From Schizochytrium sp. TIO01 (Eukaryota; Protista; Bigyra: Labyrinthulomycetes), in NCBI GenBank assembly GCA_004764695.1, contig SMSO01000037.1:1960747-2024746 (forward strand): DNA of 64,000 nt, read 5' to 3'. Below are positions 1 to 10,686 of the stretch, one piece after another. The notes below the pieces were generated by a model. The model saw only the letters and a list, made by a program, of their open reading frames with translations, was not told where the DNA came from and did no database searches. The position numbers were made by a program, and so were the translations under genes. Position 1 is the stretch's first letter. Each line of letters starts with the position of its first letter.

Positions 1-1882
1 GGTCCTTTCTAAGCTTTAGTAGTAGACTAGAACGTGTGTTGAAGATGAATACGAGTATTTTCATACTGGAGGAGATGAATATGGCGGAGAGTATGTCTTC
101 ACCGAACAACAGCGTTGGGTTATGCAGAAGATTTCTATATTTTCTCCAAATGAATAATGTGCAAGGACGGGATAAGGTATCCTTAAACAAGCTTACCGGA
201 TCATCTCTTGCGAATATGTGTAAACGCAGCCGCAAACATAGCATCTGCGTACACCAGCCAGCATAGGCAAGATTGGTACCACAGAATCTGCCACCTTATT
301 AGTTTTCTGTAAAGATCGACCGCTCACATATTTGCTTGATTATCATACGTGACAACCTATTCGACAGACACAACATTGGACCCCTCCCTCTCCAACTACT
401 TGAGTCTCGATGGTACGAATTTAAGTTCTAGACATTACATTCAATACATGCAAAGGCTACTAATGTTCTGCTTCCAAGATAAGTTATCCAGAGATATTCG
501 AAGGTTATTTAGTAGTCATGAGTTTGTTAAATTGTGTTCACTTCTTTAAAATGTAGATAACAGTAAACTGGACAGCAACAGCACACGAAATGACGATTTC
601 GATATAACTCGCTACCAAAAGAGTTACCATTCATGGCGAAAAGAAGTTTTTTTCAAATATAGTGTAGTTGCAAATATCATGGTGGAAGTATAAGGCCTTC
701 AGTCGAAAATAACCAAACCTTTTATTCTGGATAATGTCAGGGGAAATGCACAAAAGGAAAAAATGAGCTACTTTTCATATCACTGTAGAACTTTCCTCAA
801 GAACAAGCACCAAATATGATTCACTTCGTCCCGTTGCTTTAATCAAGTTCAATTGAGTAGATATTAGCTGTAAATAAAAAGGATCATCAGAAAGAATTTA
901 CTCCAAGCATCTGTAGGGTCCCGCTAATAAGATTCGGAATGATCCATGTTAAGACACTTGAAAATGTGGTCGTGCGACGCTATCTGAACTTCGAACATAG
1001 CTGCGTTACGTTAATTATGACCATGTATGAGCACGTTAATTATAACACTTTGTGTCCCAGTTTACTTCAACAAGAGAGCGCTGACTTGCTGTCCATGAAA
1101 CGTTCTGTACACTCATACCCTCACAATTTAGTTGTTCTCTCTTGAAGCTGCTGCACTCTTTTCAGCCGATATGCAAGGTAGAACACGGTAGTAAATTGGG
1201 TCGACAACTAAAAATAATAGCGAACTCAGTAGACCAATTTTTCATTATTGATACAAGTAGGAAAAATAACTGAACAAGGTAATCTCCATAACAGTAGTCC
1301 CTGAATACATGCCTTTAATATGAAATAGTTGTCTAAAGAATAGTAGTTAAGAATGATCTAGGTCTGATATTTCGAATCATGTTTGATACCTAGCAGGGCT
1401 GAGATTCAAGATCTGTGATCCTTATATCGGGCCTGCATAAAACCAAATTCCACCCCGTTATTGTATCTTAAATGTTTGGTGCTCAGCTTGATGTCTACTC
1501 TAGTTTATTTATCTACGAATGTACGGAATTCGTTATTCTTAGAAGAAATTATGGCGATTGTGGGATTCACTGCGATCCTTCCCACCAGAAGACCACCATC
1601 TCAAGTTAAAATAGAACATAATGATATGTGCCTCATGGTAGTCCCACAACTTATATCTGGCTAGCACTAACGCCCGATTGCTACCGCACTTCCTAGTAGG
1701 AAATGAAAATCCAACTTTGACTCTAGCTAGAATATTCCGCTGTGAAGCAAAACATTGAAGCCTGGCTCTTCCTCCTGTCTACTTGAAGCACAAACCGCCT
1801 AGGTGGGTCCGAGAGGACTCCAACATTGTGGGCTGCAGACTTACTTCACCTAGAAAGTGCAACCTATTGAGGAAACCTCAAG

Positions 1883-2791
1883 ATGGACTTGGTTCTGAAG
1901 ATCACCGGGACGCTGGTTGGTCTGGTGGCCTTTTCGCTGACGGCTGCGTACTTCTCGCCACGAAGCCTGAAACGGCGTTTCATTAGAGCCACAATTCTTA
2001 AGGATGGAAATCTTGAACTGAACACCTCAAGGACATATGAGAGTCCTGACGTGGTTTTGCCACATGGCGAGTTACAGCAAGTGGCCAAGAACGTTTGGGT
2101 TCTCTCTGGCACACTGCCACAGCCTGGACCAAAGTTCAACCGTAACATGACGGTTTGGCGGGCACCCAATTCAAATAAGCTTGTTATTCACTCTCCAATT
2201 TGTGTGGATGCACCAACGCGTGCCAAGCTCGAGTCTCTTGGCACGGTGGCCTGTGTCCTTATTCCCTCTATGCATCATCGCGTGGATGAAAATGCATATC
2301 GCCAAGCATATCCGGAAGCCATATTTGCGTGCCCATCAATTATGGCGTCCAAGCTTGCTCATTGCAAAACACGATTTTCTGTCACCGCAGAGATTGCAGC
2401 GGAGGACCTTGGATTTACAGCACTCTCTACCCCGGCTGCCATAGAAGGTTTTGATGAACTTGTATACCTTTTTCCTGTCGAGGCCAACGCCGCCAGCCGT
2501 CAAGTTGCTGTTTTCAATGATCTAATGTGGAATCTCGACCCAGAAAAGGCGGACCCAATTACTAATCTGATTGGTTCAGCAATGGGTTTTGGAATGACCG
2601 CAATTGGTTGTCTCATGTGTGGCGACAAGCTTGGGCTTATGCGCCAATGGTTCCAGGACACATTTATTAAAGATCCCAAAATTCGCCTCTTTGCCATTGT
2701 TGTTGCCCATGGCGATGTAGTAGAGCTTAACGAAATCCCGCAGCAGCTTAATCATGCTGTACAATCCATGACCACCTTGGTGCACACTTGA
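1883..2791 (+). CDS. DUF4336-family (metallo-beta-lactamase-like fold) protein with N-terminal membrane anchor
   Basis: 302-aa ATG ORF; motifs RNMTVWR..LVIHSPI, LESLGTV..VLIPSMHH, YPEA and IVVAHG are typical of DUF4336; hydrophobic residues ~8-25. Confidence 0.7.
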   Translation: MDLVLKITGTLVGLVAFSLTAAYFSPRSLKRRFIRATILKDGNLELNTSRTYESPDVVLPHGELQQVAKNVWVLSGTLPQPGPKFNRNMTVWRAPNSNKLVIHSPICVDAPTRAKLESLGTVACVLIPSMHHRVDENAYRQAYPEAIFACPSIMASKLAHCKTRFSVTAEIAAEDLGFTALSTPAAIEGFDELVYLFPVEANAASRQVAVFNDLMWNLDPEKADPITNLIGSAMGFGMTAIGCLMCGDKLGLMRQWFQDTFIKDPKIRLFAIVVAHGDVVELNEIPQQLNHAVQSMTTLVHT

Positions 2792-4301
2792 GTATTAATG
2801 TGGGCTTAAATCGCTGTTATTAAAGAAATTAATAGCAACGGAAGCGTATACAAAACCGACCAAGTATTGTGTTTAAGCTAACTGGAGCTGTGATATGATT
2901 TCTTTTGTGCGTCTTCGAAGTGATCAAAATTATCAAACAACAACACTCCTCAATCACATCAATTGAGTAACTGTTTCTGATAATCTGTTTCGCTGGACAA
3001 GTCTGCCCAGAACATCGTTGTATGAATTACTCGTAAATCAAAAGGTTTTATTCTTTCAGAATTGTTGTTTTCTTTTCTTCAAAATTATCACCACAACCGC
3101 CTTTATTTATACTGGTAGATGTTCAAAATGAACACGTTTGGAGGAAATTCGTTTTTCATATATGCAAGCAAATCTATTTCTCTGCAAATGATGCAGGTGG
3201 GGAAATGCTTTATGATAAAATTCCTGCTTTGGGTGTAAATATGTGTAATTCTTAGGATTGAGACAAATTAACTGACTTCTTCTACTTTAACAATTTGGTA
3301 ACCTGTAGGAGCTGGCGCCACAAGAGTATTGGAATCGTGTAATTTATATGACGAACTTATTTTCATTATAGTTAATATAATCTATATGGTTATACCAAGC
3401 CGTGTACTGGATTGAAAATAGTATCGAAGACAGCATGTGCGTCTATGCCCACAAATAAATAAGCGCAAGGAAGGACATATGTGTTCTTTTATATACAACC
3501 TGTTCTTACCATGGTATAGAGAGGCTTGCGGCGTGTCAGAATGACCATTGAGTTTCTTTTTCGAAAGATTTGTAGTTTGTTTCAACTTATTTATAACTGC
3601 GACTTCTCCTTCCAGAAAGATCATTGCATCATGATCTAATTGGATGAGTTTGCTTCGAGTATAAACAGGTGCAGGGCATTTCACAATCCATGGGTGAATT
3701 ATAAAATTTGTCCCGTGCTTAGTTCTGTCATGGAGGAGAAAAAACGAAAAAAGAGAAAAAATGCTTTAGTTTAAATTGATGTGGCTTGATGTGGTTTGGT
3801 GTAGTATGGTATGTTATGGTTAATGATAATTGATTTTAAAAAATGTGTATTCTTCGTGCAGATTGAAGAGAGAAATAAATGCTTCACAAACGTAGGGGAA
3901 CGAGGAAGGCGTACTGGGCAATCAGTACATAATGAATGAATGGTACGTATGTATAAATGTATGCAGATGAAGTTGGCAGAAAAGAGAGAGACTTGGGCAA
4001 AACACTGGGGTTTCAGATACTCCCACGACAAGGGCCCATCGCAGAAAGAGTAATTCTGTCAAAGGGAAATTAATGCCAATGCGGGGTTTATGTTGCTAAG
4101 TAAGCGCAGTCGAAATGCCGTGAGTCAGGTTCTTCAAGTTTCATGAATCCATGTTTCAGCATCAAAAGATAAGTATGGGGCCAGAGAACGAGTGGTAAAC
4201 CTAGCAGATGGGGAGGACTTACATATGGATATTGCACAAGGTCAACTTTAGCAAGGGTTTGTAACTCGTCACAAATGAATTTCGCCAGAATACTTGGTGC
4301 T

Positions 4302-5540
4302 TCATTCATCGTAACGTACAGTCAAAGGTACCTCGAGATCAGGCTGCTTATTAGGCAGCGGCGCCCGCGCAGCTCGCCTTGCTCGGTCTCGTGCCAAATT
4401 GGCTTCGTCATCACTGTATGCAGCCTCATCATCATCAAGGTAGGCATCCCTATCGCGCAGGAGTTCAACATCAGCTCCAGTCCGTCCACTGCGAGAAGAC
4501 CCAACACGGTCCGAAGAGCGGCCGCCCCGGCGCCTCTCACGACGCCGGCTGCAAGCTTCTCCAAGGAGCTCAAAACCTTGGTCCTCAACATTGCCACGAC
4601 GCCGACCGCTGGGTCCAGTGTTCATCCACGAGAAGTAATTGGAGCAGAATTCATCACGTTGTCTCTGCGAAGCGCAATAAGTATCGCAAAAGATGCGTGC
4701 AATATAGCCAAAAATGAAGATAAAAATGGCGAGCATGAATGGAAGAAACATCATTAGCCATGTCGTCAGGGAGTCATCTTCGTTACAGTGACCCACGACT
4801 ACATACATGGTCTTGGTGAGGCCTGGCAAAATCTCCACATTGTGCGTGAAGGTCTCATGCTCGCAACTAAGCACACCCGTACACGAGCAGGACGCGAGAT
4901 GCTTGCTGGAGGATGGGAGGCTGCCCAAGTTTGTCTGTGCATAAGACAATGAGCACAGGGATCCATACCCACTGCTCACGAGAGATGCGATGGATATGTT
5001 CTCAATGACGAAGTTCTGCCAAAACTGTAACTGAGGCCACATGGAAGCGCCGCAATATGAAACACTTGAAGTTACGCACGCACCGTGCTCAACAATGACG
5101 CGGTCTTCGGAGAGACCATTGTCGGAGTCCGAAGAGGTTGAATTGCCTTCGCCAGAATCGGTGTTCGGGTCCGCATTTGACGTAGAATTAGGATTGGAAT
5201 TAGAAGTGGACAGCGTCCTAAACTCGCGTTGCTCGAGGCAGGTGGTTCCAGACGGACAAGAGCAGGAAAATAGATCTTGACGAAGAGAGCCGTTAACTTC
5301 AAGCACGCGCACACTGCATCTTTGCAGCTCGTGCGGCTTCAGGCCAAGCCCCGACATGTCCGGCACAGACCCGCTGGGCCCGTACCAGCTCGCATCCATT
5401 CCCGAGACGCTGCATGTGGCGGCGTTGGTGGGGGCAGAGGTAGCGGGGGTAGTATCAGTGTCAGATCGAGGCAGAGCAGCTGCACAGGCCACAAGCAGCA
5501 GCGCGGCCAGTGCAGCAGGCGCTCGAAGGGCGAGCACCAT
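4302..5540 (-). CDS. Type I membrane protein with signal peptide, two Cys-rich extracellular repeats, TM helix and Arg/Asp-rich tail
   Basis: 412-aa ORF; signal peptide MVLALRAPAALAALLLVACAAA; two SCSC..G..C units; TM WLMMFLPFMLAIFIFIFGYIA. Confidence 0.8.
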   Translation of the reverse strand: MVLALRAPAALAALLLVACAAALPRSDTDTTPATSAPTNAATCSVSGMDASWYGPSGSVPDMSGLGLKPHELQRCSVRVLEVNGSLRQDLFSCSCPSGTTCLEQREFRTLSTSNSNPNSTSNADPNTDSGEGNSTSSDSDNGLSEDRVIVEHGACVTSSVSYCGASMWPQLQFWQNFVIENISIASLVSSGYGSLCSLSYAQTNLGSLPSSSKHLASCSCTGVLSCEHETFTHNVEILPGLTKTMYVVVGHCNEDDSLTTWLMMFLPFMLAIFIFIFGYIARIFCDTYCASQRQRDEFCSNYFSWMNTGPSGRRRGNVEDQGFELLGEACSRRRERRRGGRSSDRVGSSRSGRTGADVELLRDRDAYLDDDEAAYSDDEANLARDRARRAARAPLPNKQPDLEVPLTVRYDE

Positions 5541-6017
5541 CTGTCCTCGTGTCTCCCTCCTTCTTTTGCGGTCTGTTCGTCTCTTGATTTCCTTTTCTTT
5601 CTTCCTTTCTTCTTCTCCTTCATTTCCTTTCTTCGTTCTTCTTCCTTCCTTCCTTCCTTCCTTCTTTCTAATAAAATAAATAACTCAGTATTTGTATTAT
5701 ATATAAATAGCTTATTAGTACATATTTTCTTTCCTTTCTTTACTTCTCTTTGTTATTATTATTTTATTTGTTTAAGGTAGAAGAGAAGAAAGAATTGAAC
5801 AAATTCTTGCGCGCTTTCCTTTCCTTTGTGGGTGATGAATTTCCCGATTCCCTCGTGAACGGCTTCGGGAGCTCTGCCTCGGCCCCAAGCCTATTCATTG
5901 CCCGTCACAGACCCCAGGCACGCAGAGAGCAGGCAGGCTTGCTTTGCCGATGTCTGCTGCTGATGTTCGAAGCTAAGCTTGGAATTAGACGATCGTGGTG
6001 CCGGAGCCTTTTGTTTG

Positions 6018-6128
6018 TGAATGAATGAATAAATGAATAAATGAATAAATGAATAAATGAATAAATGAATAAATGAATAAATGAATAAATGAATAAATGA
6101 ATGAATGAATGAATGAATGAATGAATGA
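6018..6128. repeat. Compound microsatellite (GAAT)n/(GAATAAAT)n
   Basis: Directly visible tandem GAATAAAT and GAAT units. Confidence 0.95.
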
Positions 6129-7409
6129 GTGAACCGCCTTCTCAAAGCTCTGCACAGCAGACTGCTGTAATTCGGCCATCGATCGTTCGGAGTCCGCCCT
6201 CGCTTCCACTGCACTGCTTAATGGGTCCCGCGCCTGGAGTCCGGAGATCGCTGCGACGGAGTGAGTCTTTTGGGCCAGCTGGGAACGTCTGCCTCGATCG
6301 AACCCCTTCGTCGCAGAAGTGGGTCAGTGCATTCAGAGGTACATGAATGCGCTCATGCAGGCATGCATGCAGCCGTACACCCATTCCAGCGTGCACCAAG
6401 GCAACGCTGCTCGACGCCGACGGAAGCACAGAGAAGCTCCTTTCTGGACGCGGGCGTCTCCGGCGGCCCCTTTTGAAGGGGTCGCCGCTCGAGGCGTGGT
6501 CCCTCGCCAGGACCTGGACAACTTGGACCAACTTGCCTTCTGAGGTACTACGGCCCAGCGCAGTGCCGCCGAGGCTACTATAGAGCAAAAGTGGACTCTA
6601 CTGTAGGGTATACATATAGTCCACTTGCGTGGATCTATAGCGCACTTGCAAACTTCGACTTACGAGAGCGCCCGAAACCGCGCCTTGTGCGGAGCCTGCT
6701 TGGAAACGCGAGCAGCACCCTCTCGCCCTGGCGTGACCCGACAACGGCCCGGGAAAGGAGCTCGCAGAGAGGCAGCAGAGACGGCACGGGCCTGCCGCGG
6801 ACCGCAGCGGACCGTCCAAGCAGCTGCCGCCGAAGACCCCGTCTGGCCCGCCGACGCCAAGGGCAACCGTCTCCGGCGCCTCGTGCTTCGATTCCTTCGC
6901 ATTACAATTTCCATTGATGATACTTTGAGAAGAAAAAAATTATTATTGGGCTTTAAAAAGGTTGTGTTTATTTTTGTAGTTTGTTTGTTTATTTTAAAAG
7001 AAAAAAAGTTTAAAGTGCTGTTCCAGGGGCGAAGAAGGAAGAAATGAATTGCTGATACGAGATCCAGAGAGAGGCAATATAACGTTGTATTAAGGTTGAA
7101 TTGCCGCGGCTGCGACGAAATTTGGAGCTGCCATCTTGGCCCGGGAAATGAAGTAATCTTGAAAATTGCTGTCTGAGAATTCACTCCTCGTGCCTTCACC
7201 TGTGCTGCTCATGCCAGCGAGCGCTGCAGCGCTGTGTAGAGTCTTAGGAACCAAGATCCGGCAAGTGGGATACCTGGGAGGCAGGTCAGACTCCGAGGAT
7301 AATTCGCAAAGATGGACAGGCGCCGTGAAGCCAGAAAGTGCATTCTGCGACACGTGCCATAGGTACCCTAAGCAGGTGTCTTACTTATCTCGATCTATCG
7401 CCCTGTCAA

Positions 7410-8393
7410 ATGGGTGCTTCGAAAATGGGTTGTTCAAAAATAATGTTTCCACTGTTTATGGGCTTCAGCGAGTGGATCTTGGCCCACCGCACCGATTTTT
7501 GCAGGCGCTACCTCGAAGTCCACGGTGCGAAGGCAGTGAGTGGACTGGGATTTTGTCAAGAAATCGGAGATTTGTAAACCTTCTATCGGTGAAAATTCCA
7601 AGTGTGGATAAGAGAGAATCCACAATTGAAAACTCCATAGTCTTACCAGGACCTGGTCCACCCAACAGAGAAACTGTGACAATTCCCCCTGGTGGCAACG
7701 CGGCCAAGTTTTATATGCTTACTGAGAAGTTCGCTCGCCGACTGATTTTGCGTTGCGGCCAGAAAGGCCTAGGTAAGGACTACGCTGAGTTCCTCCTTGC
7801 CATGACTGACAATGTAGTCAGGGTCGCCAATGACCAGGGTGTGCATTCCGAGGTAGGTCGAAGAAGAGCAGCAGTCTCGTGGCATCAAACGGCCTGCCAC
7901 TTGGCAAGAGGAAGTCGAGTACCAGGAGCGCATGGAAAAGCTAGAATCAGAGCGAGCTAAGAGACGGCGAGAGGAGGCCAGATTTTTCTTGGAAACAATT
8001 AAGGAATTCAAAGGCGATGGATCCGAGCGTGATCAAATTCAGCAAATGGACTTTCAACGCACTCTCATGGACCCTCTTCACAGGGCCACTATTCGGGAGA
8101 TCGACGGAGATACCACTCAGCAAGGCGCTCAACCGGCCGCTATTCTGGACGCACAGCCAAAGCATCATGAGATTACTATCTCCGAAGTCGCCACACGCAT
8201 CCTAGGTCGCTTGCCAAACACTGGAGAACTACAAAAGTTTGGCAAGAGGACTGTGCAGCTCTATCGGCAAAAAGTACAAATCCGGCCACATAAGCGCATT
8301 AAATTCGTCGATGGTGCGCCTCGCCAAGTCAATTCTTACTTTACCAAAGACCTTGAGCTCATTGAAAAGGCTGTCTATGAGGTAATGAATTAG
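7410..8393 (+). pseudogene. Frameshifted AntA/AntB- or MSV199-like (virus/phage antirepressor-type) DNA-binding protein gene
   Basis: Segments in different frames: MGFSEWILAHRTDFCRRYLEVHG / EGSEW...GGNAAKFYMLTEKFARRLILRC..GKDYAEFL / coiled coil plus PHKRIKFVDGAPRQVNSYFTKDL. Removing one copy of AGGT-AGGT (7851-7858) fuses ORF 7166-7960 to ORF 7932-8393. Confidence 0.55.
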
Positions 8394-8596
8394 ATTCTAT
8401 GGGTCAAATGGGGGATTATTCATACGTTACCGAGCACTTGGAGCTCATTGAGCAAGGCATCAATAATTGTATCGAATAAACATTTGTTTCCGATGAAAAG
8501 TTAAATTAATTAAATTAAATAAATAAGAAGAAGAAGTATAAGAATCACTACTGTTCATTTTTTTCACACGCCAAGTGCTTCCTTGAAAGATCTGAA

Positions 8597-8780
8597 TTAG
8601 TCGCGCAGACGCTTCCGCGTGCTGACACAGGACAGCAAGTCCTCAAGCGCCTCCTTTTCTTTAGCCTGCAACTTTCCAAACTCCTTGGGGTCTTTATGTT
8701 GGGTGGCACGGCCAAAGTCGATCAAATGCACAGTCTTGGACTCCCACCCAAGCAAATTCAATATCACAAAGGTCAATTTC
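8597..8780 (-). pseudogene. Protein-kinase C-lobe fragment
   Basis: Manual minus-strand translation NLLGWESKTVHLIDFGRATQHKDPKEFGKLQAKEKEALEDLL..* contains the IDFG motif; no intact upstream part seen. Confidence 0.5.
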
Positions 8781-8943
8781 TACACGACTGAGCACTTAGA
8801 ACCCATGGAACAATGTATTAAGAACTGTATGGAGTTCTCATTTTTATTCTTTTAATTTTTAAGTTTTGGTATCATGGGGATCTTGTTTTTTAAAAAAAGG
8901 TTGTTGCTTTTTGAAATTGAAGATTAAATCAGAAACTGAGGAA

Positions 8944-10686
8944 ATGTTGGACGTGGTCATCGTGGGCGGCGGCGTTTCGGGTCTTGCGGCCGCTGCCGAG
9001 GCGTCAAATAAAGGCCTCTCTGTAGCCGTCCTAGAGGCGCGGGACCTCCCAGGTGGCCGCTGCGGAGCTGGTCAGCTAGCTTCGGTCCTCAAACCGGATC
9101 AGGATCTTGTTGGTCGTGCCGGAGATAAGGCAGATCAGGCACTCTTGGAGAACGCTGTTGCTTCTGCGACGACAAACAATCACCAAGAAAATGGCAGCCG
9201 ACATCAAAGTTCAGGAGGAAAAGATCACGAAGAAAATGCTGCTGCAGACGCCGCTAGGGCTGGACTGGGTGCTGGCTACGTCGACGCAACTCATAGACGT
9301 GTGCTGCGGTGGCTAGCGGCGGTAGGCCTCGGCGTGAAGCCCGTGGCCGACGACGGACGCTCTTTGCTCGAGGCTACACCAGGGCTTCTGCGAAGACTTG
9401 TGGCCGATATTCCTCTCGGCCAGGGTCCCCTCGCTCTCATTGCATCTGCGCGCCTTCTCAATCGCCTCGAGGCATCTGCTGCACGCTTGCCGTCTTCGGA
9501 TCTTTCGTCGCTCAGTAACGATGAACGTCTCGCGGCTCTAGACGCCTTCACTGTACGTGACTTTACAGAGTCATCTTCGGGAGGTAACGAAGAGGCCTCG
9601 GCCCTTGTCCAGCTGGCTCTGCAGCCGGTATTCGGGTCTAAAGCCAGTGAAATCTCGCTTGCATGGGCCTTAGTCTATGCACGTGCCGCTGGGTCACTTT
9701 CACGCCTGCTTGCTGTGCGCAACGGTGCCCAAGAGCTTAAAGTGGACCATGCACGTGGCTTTGGGGAACTTGCGACTCGCATGGCTGCGTCGCTTGAGCC
9801 AGGAGTGTTGCGAGTTTCAAGTCCTGTAAAAGCTATTCAGAGAAAGGATGAAGGGAGTGTAAACATAACAATAGAAAGTGCAGATGGCGCCGGAGAGACA
9901 ATACTGCAGGCAAAACACTGCATTATAGCAGTTCAACCGACAATGTACTCGGAAATAAAGTTTGAACCTCCGCTCGAGGAAACAAAAATGCGATTTGGAG
10001 AAGCAATGAGGAGGTGTTCAGGGAGCTTTGTGAAGATACGTGTTGCGTACAGTGAAGCTTGGTGGAGGCCAAGGTTCTCTGGTCAAGTACTGTCGTGTAG
10101 AGGACCAATGACCTACTTCTTGGATGACTGCCGCCGTGGTGGAGACCCTGAACCATTTGCACTTGTAGGTTTTGTGGTCAGCCATGATGATGTGGAAAAT
10201 TTTCAAAAACTAGGTGGATTGGAGAATCAGCGGCAGGCAGTTGCAGAGCAGATTCAAAGGTATTTCAAGGATAAAAGGGCACTAGAGCCCATATCAGTTC
10301 GCATGGTCGACTGGACACAAGAGAAATGGAATAAAGGTTGTGTAAACGCCATGCCCCCAGGACATTTTGATGTATGGAAGTCTTCGCGAACAACCCACAT
10401 GGATGGGCGTATACACTTTGCGGGAGCAGAAACTGCAACTGTGTGGATTGGCTATGTAGATGGCGCAATTCAAGCTGGTGAGAGAGCAGTGCACGAGGTC
10501 TGTGCTGCAATACGAAAGGAAGACCCTAACCATCCTGTTAAGTTTGATGGCAAACCTTTTTGTGAAGAGGAACCCAAACCACAAGGTCACCCAAATGTGC
10601 ACGAGGTAAAGAACATGCGTCCATACCTCGAACGTCTTTTGTTTGGCAAGATCATCCGTCCAGAAGACATGAAAAATAAGCTTTAA
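8944..10686 (+). CDS. Flavin-containing monoamine oxidase family protein
   Basis: ATG at 8944; Rossmann motif DVVIVGGGVSGLAAA, LEARDLPGGR; C-terminal IHFAGAETATVWIGYVDGAIQAGERA. Confidence 0.9.
   Translation: MLDVVIVGGGVSGLAAAAEASNKGLSVAVLEARDLPGGRCGAGQLASVLKPDQDLVGRAGDKADQALLENAVASATTNNHQENGSRHQSSGGKDHEENAAADAARAGLGAGYVDATHRRVLRWLAAVGLGVKPVADDGRSLLEATPGLLRRLVADIPLGQGPLALIASARLLNRLEASAARLPSSDLSSLSNDERLAALDAFTVRDFTESSSGGNEEASALVQLALQPVFGSKASEISLAWALVYARAAGSLSRLLAVRNGAQELKVDHARGFGELATRMAASLEPGVLRVSSPVKAIQRKDEGSVNITIESADGAGETILQAKHCIIAVQPTMYSEIKFEPPLEETKMRFGEAMRRCSGSFVKIRVAYSEAWWRPRFSGQVLSCRGPMTYFLDDCRRGGDPEPFALVGFVVSHDDVENFQKLGGLENQRQAVAEQIQRYFKDKRALEPISVRMVDWTQEKWNKGCVNAMPPGHFDVWKSSRTTHMDGRIHFAGAETATVWIGYVDGAIQAGERAVHEVCAAIRKEDPNHPVKFDGKPFCEEEPKPQGHPNVHEVKNMRPYLERLLFGKIIRPEDMKNKL

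Noticed and set aside
5891-6214. ORFs with FIHSFIHL repeats
   Set aside because: Translations of the GAAT/GAATAAAT microsatellite.
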